Positions 40,612 through 49,755 of a DNA stretch of 64,000 bases are shown piece by piece. Origin of the DNA: Euryarchaeota archaeon UBA487 (GTDB lineage: Archaea > Thermoplasmatota > Poseidoniia > Poseidoniales > Thalassarchaeaceae); assembly GCA_002505695.1 (NCBI GenBank), contig DAVU01000013.1:95852-159851 (forward strand), written 5' to 3'. The stretch's first letter is position 1; the number at the start of each line of letters is the position of its first letter. The notes beneath the pieces are model-generated. The model did not search any database. It was given only the letters and a program-made list of their open reading frames with translations, and was not told the DNA's origin. The translations under genes were made by a program, and so were the position numbers.

Positions 40612-41637
40612 ATGGCAGCGGCGGGGAGGGGGCATCCTCCCATCGATTGGGACTCATTGACGTTCTCTTTTACGGAAACTGATCGTATGTTTGTGGCCAA
40701 TGGCTCATGGGAAGATGGATGGTCAGAAGGAGGCATGGTTGATTTCCAGCCTCTTTCCCTGTCTCCGGCAGCATGTGTGCTGAACTATGGACAGGGATTG
40801 TTCGAGGGGATGAAAGCCAGAAGGACGCCTGATGGGAGAATAACACTTTTCAGACCCGAGATGAATGCCAGAAGGGCTGCTGAAGGTGCAAAAAGATTGG
40901 TTATGCCAGAGATCTCGGAATCAATGTTCATTGAGGCTGTCAAGAAAGTTGCAGAAGAGAACAAAAGATGGGTTCCCCCACATGGAAAAGGGGAGTTGTA
41001 CCTAAGGCCAATTCTATTTGGTAGCAGTGCACGACTCGGGGTATCTCCAGCAGAAGAGTACATGTTCGTTGTCTTTGCAGTACCCGTGGGGCCTTACTTC
41101 AAGGGTGGAATGACCCCAATTTCACTCAGAGTATCTCAAAATCATCATCGTGCTGCGCCCGGAGGATCGGGTGGTGTCAAGGCAATAGGGAATTATGCCC
41201 CCGGGATGATGCCCTCCAAAAGGGCGAAATCGGAAGGCTACAGCGAGATAATTTACCTTGATGCAGTCGAACATAATTACGTTGAGGAAGTTGGAGCGGC
41301 TAATTTCTTCTGTGTGAAGGATGGTACTATTTACACTCCTGAACTTACCGGGACGATCCTTCCTGGAATTACTCGGCTATCGATCATCGAGCTTGCCAGA
41401 TCAATGGGGTTGACTGTGGTGGAAGAAAAGGTTGGCATCGATTTCGCACTGGGCTGTGATGAGGCCTTCTGCGCTGGTACTGCAGCCGTTATTTCCCCCA
41501 TTGGATCGATACAACACGGGGAAATCGAGGAAGATTTTGGAGGGGTAGGTGACATCACGCTCGCGCTTTATGAACGACTCACCGGAATAATGGGCGGAGC
41601 TCTAGAAGACTCATTTAGTTGGACCGTTGAAGTCTAA
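40612..41637 (+). CDS. ilvE: Branched-chain amino acid aminotransferase
   Basis: LNYGQGLFEGMKA, LYLRP, KAIGNY (PLP Lys), EEVGAAN, ILPGITR, GTAAVISP. Confidence 0.96.
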   Translation: MAAAGRGHPPIDWDSLTFSFTETDRMFVANGSWEDGWSEGGMVDFQPLSLSPAACVLNYGQGLFEGMKARRTPDGRITLFRPEMNARRAAEGAKRLVMPEISESMFIEAVKKVAEENKRWVPPHGKGELYLRPILFGSSARLGVSPAEEYMFVVFAVPVGPYFKGGMTPISLRVSQNHHRAAPGGSGGVKAIGNYAPGMMPSKRAKSEGYSEIIYLDAVEHNYVEEVGAANFFCVKDGTIYTPELTGTILPGITRLSIIELARSMGLTVVEEKVGIDFALGCDEAFCAGTAAVISPIGSIQHGEIEEDFGGVGDITLALYERLTGIMGGALEDSFSWTVEV

Positions 41638-41640
41638 TTT

Positions 41641-42084
41641 TTATTTTCGACCAAACTTCTTCTTCCTTTGGTTTGATGGCCTTCGTGATGGGGATTTCCT
41701 TTGTTTAGCCTTCCTTGCTCCGTCTCTACCAGATGATCTTTTTGGCTGTTTTATTTTGATGTCCTTGTCTTCAGTTTCCAGATTCTTCAAAGATTCTCCA
41801 ATCACGCGCAAGACCTGTTCCTTTGTCTCCGATTTTGTAGATTCCAGTGCGTCTTTTGTCGAAATAATCAATCTGCCTTCCTTTGAGTAGGGTCTCATCG
41901 GGTGGCTGGCATCTTGATCTCTCCTCATTTTGGTTATACCTGATGCCCTAGCTGCCAATGCGATCTGATCCAAGTTTGGGCGGGCAACACTAGCGGACTT
42001 TGGAACTCTTCTGCCGGACTTACGAGTAGCTCTCCGGTCAAAGTATCCGGTCCAGAGTGTCATTCGTGATGGGTCGCCGGCCAT
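41641..42084 (-). CDS. srp19: Signal recognition particle 19 kDa protein
   Basis: LWTGYFD...RKSGRRVPK...P, HP..P....GR; basic C-terminal tail. Confidence 0.9.
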   Translation of the reverse strand: MAGDPSRMTLWTGYFDRRATRKSGRRVPKSASVARPNLDQIALAARASGITKMRRDQDASHPMRPYSKEGRLIISTKDALESTKSETKEQVLRVIGESLKNLETEDKDIKIKQPKRSSGRDGARKAKQRKSPSRRPSNQRKKKFGRK

Positions 42085-42131
42085 AGTTGTCAACCCCACT
42101 GAGGCTGTTGTATTGAGTTCTTCGTGAATGG

Positions 42132-42524
42132 CTAGTTGACAAGTATGCCACTCACGACACCGTCCATCCCGGGTCGACTAGTTATCCTGACGAGTCCCAA
42201 TTCAGTCTCTGCGATTGCACCTTTGGTGATTATATTTCGCCGGACGTAGTTAGGATCTGCTGAATTCTCTACTATATTTGAAATCTTTACTCTCTTGGTA
42301 ATGCCTTCGGACGGGATGTTCACATTGATATGGGATGCGTTCATGACTCGGACTGTTTGATGTCCAGCATGTTTCCTGTACAACTTGTTTTGATTGGAAT
42401 CGGCTACGAAAGCGAATTGTTTCTCACTGGAGATCTCCTTCTTCCGCTTGCCGCGATATCGGATGGGGCGCTTGAGGCGTCCTCCAGTGGGCTTCCTCCT
42501 TGACATCCCGTGCCACTTGGCCAT
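42132..42524 (-). CDS. rps8e: 30S ribosomal protein S8e
   Basis: SRRKPTGG, VRRNIITKGA, ITSRPGMDGVV. Confidence 0.97.
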   Translation of the reverse strand: MAKWHGMSRRKPTGGRLKRPIRYRGKRKKEISSEKQFAFVADSNQNKLYRKHAGHQTVRVMNASHINVNIPSEGITKRVKISNIVENSADPNYVRRNIITKGAIAETELGLVRITSRPGMDGVVSGILVN

Positions 42525-42622
42525 GTGTCTGGCCGACCAACCCTCCTTATTTCAATAGATTGGATGAAACAGCCTCGATAAATCGCCGAGATATTCATTC
42601 TCTCCCTTACTTTCGCGAGTGC

Positions 42623-43129
42623 ATGAGTGTCAAGCGCCTGAGAAGAAGAACCCCCCTCAGATTCAAACAAATAAGAGCAATTTCAGACCAGGTTGAGAGT
42701 CGTATTGGGGTATCGTTGGGCCTATCCAGCTCTTTCCTTGAGGAGGCCCACTTTGAGGGGACTGATCTGATACTCGTCGATAGGGTGCCAAAACTCATGT
42801 GTTTGTCTAATGACAGCACAAAGATATGGTTCCCAACATTGAGGGGTCTCCTCGATTGGGAGGTGAAGTGCCATTGGGCTGAGGTTGATCACGGTGCGAT
42901 CCCTTTTCTCATGAACGGTGCGGATTGCATGGCTGCGGGCATTCAGGAGTCAGACAGCAAAATAGGGGTTGGGGCACCGATGTGGATCAGGGATGAGGTT
43001 CATGGTAGACCCCTAGCGATTGGATGGTCCCTCATGGACGGGGATTCAATGCGCCAATCGAGTAAGGGTAAGGCTGCTCTAACTGTACATTGGGTAGGAG
43101 ATGAGCTATGGAGTCTTGACTCTCAGTGA
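42623..43129 (+). CDS. PUA-domain RNA-binding protein (MCT-1/Tma20-like)
   Basis: FPTLRGL, VDHGAIPFLMNGADCMAAGI, HGRPLAIG, KGKA...HWVGDELW. Confidence 0.9.
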   Translation: MSVKRLRRRTPLRFKQIRAISDQVESRIGVSLGLSSSFLEEAHFEGTDLILVDRVPKLMCLSNDSTKIWFPTLRGLLDWEVKCHWAEVDHGAIPFLMNGADCMAAGIQESDSKIGVGAPMWIRDEVHGRPLAIGWSLMDGDSMRQSSKGKAALTVHWVGDELWSLDSQ

Positions 43130-43182
43130 ACTTTCGATCAATGAAACGTTCAATTCAAAGCATTGAATGGACCCATCCAGAC

Positions 43183-43782
43183 ATGCGCGGTTTGGTTCTC
43201 TTCGTTTTGGTTTGCATCGTTTCGCCGGTTTCGGCTGAACAGGGGGGAATTAACCAGCAAACTGACCTCTCCGAGACCTCCATTGTGGCACTGGATTATC
43301 CAAATGAGGTCAATGTGACGAGAATTGATGGGGGGGAAATGGGAATACAAGTCCAAATCGACCCTTCGAAGAATGTCAGTAATGTAAGCTGGGTGACGCA
43401 GATTTGCATAAACAGTGGTGTTTGCTACCCTCCTGTTTACAATCTGCTTACCGAATACAACGGAAGTTGGAGCGGTTCAATCGAAGTACAGAATCAGGCG
43501 TCATATGTTAACTGGAGATTCGATCTTTCTCACGAAAACGACACGGAGGTTGTCAGGGTCCCAGAAATGGGCTTTGGTTGGAAAGTTTGGTCTACATGTT
43601 GGTTTGATGGGGAAAATTGGGGAGGAGAGGATTTTCAAGCTATTGGGGAAGGGTGTTTATCGCCTGACCTCAGTAATTCATCAAAAGATGCTTCATCAAC
43701 AAACAACCCTCTGAGTTTCCCGAGTCCTGTCCTTGTTCTTGCCGCGCTTTCAGTGGCAGCGTTATCATACAGAAGGAATTGA
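43183..43782 (+). CDS. Secreted protein with C-terminal TM/sorting signal
   Basis: Signal peptide MRGLVLFVLV..., QIC..SGVC, tail SFP-TM-RRN. Start 43183 lies 29 nt after a TTCAAA box. Confidence 0.7.
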   Translation: MRGLVLFVLVCIVSPVSAEQGGINQQTDLSETSIVALDYPNEVNVTRIDGGEMGIQVQIDPSKNVSNVSWVTQICINSGVCYPPVYNLLTEYNGSWSGSIEVQNQASYVNWRFDLSHENDTEVVRVPEMGFGWKVWSTCWFDGENWGGEDFQAIGEGCLSPDLSNSSKDASSTNNPLSFPSPVLVLAALSVAALSYRRN

Positions 43783-43785
43783 TGC

Positions 43786-44472
43786 ATGTCTGAGACCGAA
43801 AGCGATCAAGAGGGCTTCATAGAGATGAGCTTCGAAGAAGTTTCTGCTGTTGAGATGCTGGAAAGGGCGAATGAATACTTCGATCTCATGAGCAATAGAA
43901 GGACTACTCGCCATTTTTCGAGAAAAGAAGTGAGTCGGGACCTTATCGAGCTTGCTATCAAAACAGCCGGAACGGCTCCTTCTGGAGCTCATCTTCAGCC
44001 ATGGACATTTGTTGCGATATCAGATTTCGAACTCAAAAGTAGAATTAGGAAAGCCGCCGAGGAAGAGGAGAGGAAATTCTACGAGGAGAGAGTACCCGAT
44101 GATTGGGCCGAAGTGCTTAGGCCCTTGGGGACTGATCACGTAAAGGAACACCTAACTGATGCGCCATGGGTCGTTGTGCTGTTCAGACATAGCAAGAGAC
44201 TCAAAAAGAATGGTGATTTTGCGCCTACTTACTATTCGCAGGAGTCTTGTGGGATCGCCGCGGGTATGTTCATTTCAGCGATTCACAACATGGGCCTCAC
44301 TACTCTCACCCATACTCCATCTCCGATGGGCTTTCTACGTGAGTTGCTCAATAGGCCCGAATATGAACATCCCATGATTGTGATGCCGGTCGGTTACCCA
44401 GCGAAAGACGCCAGAGTACCTGATATTCTACGGAAAAAATTGGAAGAAATATCATACTTTCACTCACACTGA
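43786..44472 (+). CDS. Iodotyrosine deiodinase-like nitroreductase
   Basis: RRTTRHFS, APSGAHLQPWTF, EEEERKFY...LGTD..K.HL..APW, TLTHTP. Confidence 0.85.
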   Translation: MSETESDQEGFIEMSFEEVSAVEMLERANEYFDLMSNRRTTRHFSRKEVSRDLIELAIKTAGTAPSGAHLQPWTFVAISDFELKSRIRKAAEEEERKFYEERVPDDWAEVLRPLGTDHVKEHLTDAPWVVVLFRHSKRLKKNGDFAPTYYSQESCGIAAGMFISAIHNMGLTTLTHTPSPMGFLRELLNRPEYEHPMIVMPVGYPAKDARVPDILRKKLEEISYFHSH

Positions 44473-45360
44473 TCCTTTGTGAATTTTTGTCTCCTTCGGA
44501 GCTAGCCTTCTAGTTTGTGAAATTGTTAGGATTATACCAGACGATATGATGAGAAAGCAGCCAACAAGATCTCTGGAATCGAGATTTTCCCCAAAGACAA
44601 CGTAGCCATACATCGTAGCGACAATCACAGTCAGATAGGAAAAAGCGCTTATCCAAGCGGCATTTGCCTTGTGAAAAGCAAATGTAAGGCCCACCTGGCC
44701 TGCCCCCGCGCCCACTCCGATGCCAATCAAAGACATCGTCAAGACTGGTTCTGATAGCAACGATGGGAGGTTCGGTGCCGCGGGAATGAGAGTAAACGCC
44801 ACTGAGAAAGCTGCAAACCAAAAGACGATGCTCAATGCATGTTCTGTAGTTCTGAGTTTCCTAACGTAGAGGTATGCAATTGCAGCGAAGAATCCTGATC
44901 CTAGAGCCAGAATAGCATTGAATTCTACGCTCTTGAGATCTGGAGAAACAATCATTGCTATACCAATGAATGACAAAGTCGCCATGGCCAAGACTATTGG
45001 TTGCACTTTTTCGGATAGAAACGCACCAGATAGCAGTGCTACAAAGAGTGGGTTCGTGTATTGCAGCGTCACTGCCTGGCCAATGGGGATCAACCCTAAT
45101 GCAGAAAAATAGAGTATCATCGCGATTAGTCCAGTTAAACATCTTAGCAGCATTGACCTCTGATCAATTACCGTGAGATTAACGCCCCTCTGTTTGCATA
45201 TTGAGTATATGACCACACCAATTACGATCGATCTCACGAAGACCATGGTCCAGACGTCTGCATCTGGAGAGGTCCATTTTACTAGGGCATTCATGGAACC
45301 GAACGAGAAACTTGCGAATAGCATCCATGCTACTGCTGTTTTGGGAGAGTCGTCACTCAT
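44464..45360 (-). CDS. DMT/EamA family transporter
   Basis: About 10 TM helices in two EamA repeats; YTNPLFV. Confidence 0.9.
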   Translation of the reverse strand: MSDDSPKTAVAWMLFASFSFGSMNALVKWTSPDADVWTMVFVRSIVIGVVIYSICKQRGVNLTVIDQRSMLLRCLTGLIAMILYFSALGLIPIGQAVTLQYTNPLFVALLSGAFLSEKVQPIVLAMATLSFIGIAMIVSPDLKSVEFNAILALGSGFFAAIAYLYVRKLRTTEHALSIVFWFAAFSVAFTLIPAAPNLPSLLSEPVLTMSLIGIGVGAGAGQVGLTFAFHKANAAWISAFSYLTVIVATMYGYVVFGENLDSRDLVGCFLIISSGIILTISQTRRLAPKETKIHKGSV

Positions 45361-46283
45361 CGGGAGTCTATCCCCCACCTTTTCTCGAGTTCCAATACTA
45401 CAGAGAGATAATCCCTTCCGCCATGGCTTTCCGGGTCATGGAGGTGTATGGGAACTCCATGAGCTGGTGCCTCAGCCAGTCTGACATTTCTTCTGATAGG
45501 TGGATCGACAATGAGGTTTCCGTAGGCTTCCCTCAATTCATTTGCAACTTGTACGTTCAGATGTATTCGGCTATTGTGCATGGTTAGGAGTATCCCGTCG
45601 ACCCCGAGGTTGGCGGAAAACAAATTCCTAACCTCTCGAATTGTTCCTGCTAGCATGGCAAGGCCTTCGAGGGCGAAATATTCTGTTTGGACTGGAACAA
45701 TCAAACCATGACTCGCCACAAGTGCATTTATTGTCACAATTCCGAGTGATGGTGGCGTATCAATCAGGATCAAATCGTAATAAGGCAAAAGTGGCTCTAT
45801 TGCCTCGATAAGACGTCTTTCCCTCCCTAACTGTCTCAACAATTCATTGTCCAAACCGACCAATGATCTGTCACCCACAATCATGTGTACTCCCTCAACT
45901 GCTGTCTGATGTCTTGATTCGACGGCTCTCTCTGGCGCGAGGATCAGATCTCTGGTCGTGGCCTTCACTAGCCTCTTATCCACGCCCAGACCCGTGGCGC
46001 AGTTCCCCTGAGCATCAGCATCTATGACCAGGACGCGATGTCCTCTCAATCCCAGTTGGGCTGCGATATTGATGACGGTAGTCGTTTTTCCAACGCCCCC
46101 CTTTTGGTTGGTAACGGTCACGATCCTTGCACGGCCCTTGTCTGATGGGGTTCCACGGGGCAGTGATAGTGGATTGGGGTTGGATTGTTCCTTCCGATCC
46201 ACTGGATGATCTTGCTTTTCCTGTTCGACGAAGTCAACATCGATGATCTGTTCATCATGGACTGTGGCTCGCTCTACACTCAC
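45357..46283 (-). CDS. ParA/Soj family ATPase (ParA-2)
   Basis: NQKGGVGKTTT, DADAQGN, IDTPPSLG, PVQTEYFALEG, RRNVRLAEAP. GTG start at 46283 lies 29 nt from a TTGAA box. Confidence 0.95.
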   Translation of the reverse strand: MSVERATVHDEQIIDVDFVEQEKQDHPVDRKEQSNPNPLSLPRGTPSDKGRARIVTVTNQKGGVGKTTTVINIAAQLGLRGHRVLVIDADAQGNCATGLGVDKRLVKATTRDLILAPERAVESRHQTAVEGVHMIVGDRSLVGLDNELLRQLGRERRLIEAIEPLLPYYDLILIDTPPSLGIVTINALVASHGLIVPVQTEYFALEGLAMLAGTIREVRNLFSANLGVDGILLTMHNSRIHLNVQVANELREAYGNLIVDPPIRRNVRLAEAPAHGVPIHLHDPESHGGRDYLSVVLELEKRWGIDSR

Positions 46284-46360
46284 GAATATTTGTGTGACTA
46301 GTTGCAATTCAAGATACCGCCATTCACATGCGACCAATCCACGATTGGCTGCGATGATCA

Positions 46361-48514
46361 TCAATCCGAGGCTGTTGAGATTTGTATCCACCCACCGACT
46401 CTCGCCGTCGTGGCGTCCATGACTGCGTTGAAACTGTAGTCTCTATTTGATTGGCTCCATTCACTAGAGGCCACGACTGTGACAATCCCGGTGGATAAGT
46501 CGCTTGACAGAAGATCTGAGAGATCATCTGCCTCTCCTGAGAGTACCCTGTAGCCCAGCATATTTGTCTTGGCAGCGTTCTCTTCGAACAGGACTTGCTC
46601 TACCTGCGAATAACGTCCTTGAGCTAACAGCCTATTTCCAAGGTAATCTAGTGTCAAGGTTGACGGAACAGAAGTTTTGTCCCATGAAACTTCTCCTTCT
46701 TGATATTGCCCAGATTCTATGATCGAGCATTCTTGCCCCTCCATCGAAAGATGGATCCAACCAGAGCTATCCTGGGTATCGACCCACGAGAGATTCCACT
46801 TCATATCCCCCAGTAGATGATTTGCCTTCCAGAAATAACCCCCTGAATCCACGGCGATAGAGGCGTCACTTGTGGGGTAGGTTGCCGTCATGCAGGCCAC
46901 AGTTTCCTCGATGTTCAATCTTGAGTCGGATTCGTCCGGCATGTGCGAAGCCCAATCCCTTTTCCCTGCACTGGTCGGCCTATCATCCCCGGGGGATGGT
47001 TTTGAATCGTACTCATCATACCAATTCACAGCGGTATTGCCCTTTTTCGCACTAGTGACAGTCATGTCCATCCTTATGTCCAATCTACCCTCTGGCAAAG
47101 TGGCGTCGCTGATCGCACTTGCAAATACATTGCAGTCTGATTTCGAGAGTGACTTGTCAAGCCGTATGTTAGCAGTTTGTTGCACGGGCCAAGGAATTTG
47201 GGGGTTGACGAGGATATCCAGTGTGATATATCCTAGACAATGCTCTATTTCTTTGTGAGAAATTGATATTGGATAGACATACCCATGAATTGGATCGTTT
47301 CTTTCTTGTTTAACGCTCCATTCCCAAGTTGAGCCTTCATCCGATACAGCCCCTTCCTCAAGCACCTCATTTTCAAAGAAATCCTGTAGATCCATGGGCA
47401 GAAGGGGCACGGATAACAGCGGTGCTATAGCGCCGAGCCCAGGAAGTAGGCTCGATCCGAACGTGGTGGCTTCCAATTCCGTTGATTCACCATCTGAATC
47501 TGAAAAGGAGGCTGTGGTTTCAGTTCTAATTACGGACTTATCTGAGATGTGCCGGTATGAATCTGTCTGCATCAGAATCTGATTATCGGGGTAAGACCAA
47601 CCTGCATTACTACATTCTACTCCATTGTCCCTCCATGTTTTACCCTGTAGATCGACTTTTAGATCGTGATTCACCACCTGTTTTACTGCCAAGCTGGCCC
47701 GTCCATAAGCATCATTCACACTAAAGGCCCCCCTGTGGTCTAAATCACTGGGAAAAATTGTGTCCTGATCGGAACCCTCTTCGACGCTAATAGAGCCCGT
47801 TCCAGAAATCTCAACATCGACTTCTGAACATACTTGGTCGAACGAGCTGGGCGACAGGGAGTCACGCACAATGCTAACCATGTCGTCCCCTTCAACACTT
47901 ATGGTAGATTGTTGGATTGAGAATTGTATAGAATCTCCATATCTTACTGGCTGGACAGTGAATGACGAGTCTCTTTGAAGAACAATCCACAAACTTGCGC
48001 TCAATAACAACGCCATGGTTAATCCCGCAGCCAATTGCATTCTTGTGATGGTCAGCCTATTCCCAATTTTGTTATTGGTTTCGGATGATTCGCTGGGTTT
48101 TCTGGACGCACTGGTCCTGATCTTATCTTCTTCTGGTTTCTCACTGTATTCCTGTGTTTTGTTTTCAACTAATTCATGGATGGGTTTCTCTTCCTCAGTA
48201 TCGTCATCTAACAATAGGATTTCAAATTCCGATTCATCGGATTTTACCTCAGTGTCTTCTACTATTTCAGCATCCATGATCTCATGTGTTTTTGTTTCAG
48301 TCTTCTTCTCTTTAGTTGATTTGTCATGGCGATCGAGAAGTGCGTCTATGGCCTGATCCATGCTGGGTACTGATTCTTCTTTTCTGGCTGGTTCTGAGGC
48401 CTCCATGATTCTATTGATAAGCTCTGACTTGCTTCCTGAGACACGTAGACCCATTCCTTTGCACATGATTTTCAATTCAGAGGCTTTCATGTCGTTGAGT
48501 GCCTCATGATCCAT
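46361..48514 (-). CDS. SAP-domain single-pass membrane protein
   Basis: N-terminal LNDMKASELKIMCKGMGLRVSGSKSELINRI (SAP), acidic linker, one TM at ~aa160-179, ~540-aa Cys-containing C-terminal domain. Confidence 0.8.
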   Translation of the reverse strand: MDHEALNDMKASELKIMCKGMGLRVSGSKSELINRIMEASEPARKEESVPSMDQAIDALLDRHDKSTKEKKTETKTHEIMDAEIVEDTEVKSDESEFEILLLDDDTEEEKPIHELVENKTQEYSEKPEEDKIRTSASRKPSESSETNNKIGNRLTITRMQLAAGLTMALLLSASLWIVLQRDSSFTVQPVRYGDSIQFSIQQSTISVEGDDMVSIVRDSLSPSSFDQVCSEVDVEISGTGSISVEEGSDQDTIFPSDLDHRGAFSVNDAYGRASLAVKQVVNHDLKVDLQGKTWRDNGVECSNAGWSYPDNQILMQTDSYRHISDKSVIRTETTASFSDSDGESTELEATTFGSSLLPGLGAIAPLLSVPLLPMDLQDFFENEVLEEGAVSDEGSTWEWSVKQERNDPIHGYVYPISISHKEIEHCLGYITLDILVNPQIPWPVQQTANIRLDKSLSKSDCNVFASAISDATLPEGRLDIRMDMTVTSAKKGNTAVNWYDEYDSKPSPGDDRPTSAGKRDWASHMPDESDSRLNIEETVACMTATYPTSDASIAVDSGGYFWKANHLLGDMKWNLSWVDTQDSSGWIHLSMEGQECSIIESGQYQEGEVSWDKTSVPSTLTLDYLGNRLLAQGRYSQVEQVLFEENAAKTNMLGYRVLSGEADDLSDLLSSDLSTGIVTVVASSEWSQSNRDYSFNAVMDATTARVGGWIQISTASD

Positions 48515-48646
48515 ACGCGCAACCCCTCTGATGGGGGCAACTGGTGTCAGGATGTTTTGAATGCCTCCCTGAATTGATTGTCTCGAACAATTACTTGGGA
48601 GGGTTGACAGGCAGACACAACAGTATCAAATGTGAAGCATCGTGGG

Positions 48647-49624
48647 ATGTATGTGGACCCGCGTTTAGTGATTCTGTCTCGTGGGCCAGGCCTGTATTCA
48701 ACCATGCGTCTGACTGAGGAAAGTCAGCGATACGGTTTCATTACACGAGTGATAGATCCAATGAGCATAAGCACGGCTGTGGACGACGATGGTGCCAGGA
48801 TATACCACCAGGGCTGGCCAATTCAGACTGATGCGGTGATACCTCGTATCGGATTCTCCATAACAAGGCCTGGTTCCGGCATTGTTAGACAGTTTGAGAG
48901 GATGGGGGCAATAGTTCACAATACCGCGGATGCGATTCTCCTCAGCAGGGATAAAATTGCAGCGACGCAGGTCATGGCAGAATCTGGGTTGCCTGTTCCA
49001 AAAACCATCAGTGTAGCCTCCATGGATGGCTGCATGCAAGCCCTGCGAACTATAGGGAGCTACCCGCTTGTTATCAAAGCAAGCGAGGGCACACAGGGAG
49101 CTAGCGTTTTTTTGCTGGATGACGAGGCAAGAGCAATTTCATTGCTGGCCCAAATGTTTCAGAGGGGTATGCGCCCTTTGATACAGGAATACATCGAAGA
49201 ATCCCATGGGAGAGATATCAGAGTCATAGTCGTAATGGGGAGGGTTGTAGCGAGTATGGAGAGAAAGGCTCGTGGTACTGAATTCAGATCCAACTTCCAC
49301 CTTGGGGGATCTGTCGAGGCAATCAAGTTGACTCCGGATCAAGAAAGCGTTGCTATCAGAGCTGCAAATGAGCTTGGACTGGATGTGGCGGGTGTCGATA
49401 TGTTGGACTCTGCTTCTGGACCTCTCGTGCTTGAAGCGAATTCAAGTCCCGGACTGGAGGGAATTGAGCGTGCGACCGGAATTAACGTCGCAGCAAGGAT
49501 AGTATCCAGCCTCAGAGCGAGAGTCAGAGAAAGGATCGAGGAAGGCGATATGCCTCCAAATCAGGATGTTCCTCATGGCTCCTCGATTGAGAACCATTTG
49601 GATTCCAATGAGGCGTCGGGCTAG
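48647..49624 (+). CDS. rimK: RimK family ATP-grasp alpha-L-glutamate ligase
   Basis: DAVIPRIG, SRDK, GTQG, QEYIEESHGRDIR, EFRSNFHLGG, EANSSPGLEGIE. Confidence 0.9.
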   Translation: MYVDPRLVILSRGPGLYSTMRLTEESQRYGFITRVIDPMSISTAVDDDGARIYHQGWPIQTDAVIPRIGFSITRPGSGIVRQFERMGAIVHNTADAILLSRDKIAATQVMAESGLPVPKTISVASMDGCMQALRTIGSYPLVIKASEGTQGASVFLLDDEARAISLLAQMFQRGMRPLIQEYIEESHGRDIRVIVVMGRVVASMERKARGTEFRSNFHLGGSVEAIKLTPDQESVAIRAANELGLDVAGVDMLDSASGPLVLEANSSPGLEGIERATGINVAARIVSSLRARVRERIEEGDMPPNQDVPHGSSIENHLDSNEASG

Positions 49625-49755
49625 CTTTATCTCAAGATCAATCAGTTGGATCAATTGGGAAATTAGGCAAGTATTCAAGATGTAGTGGTCACTTTCCCAA
49701 CTGTCTCGCGAGGGACAGGGATGCACGCACCGCCGGTGCCGATGAGGTCACTGAT

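Noticed and set aside
41641-42524. SRP (7S) RNA near srp19
   Set aside because: No intergenic space large enough and no recognisable helix-8 motif.
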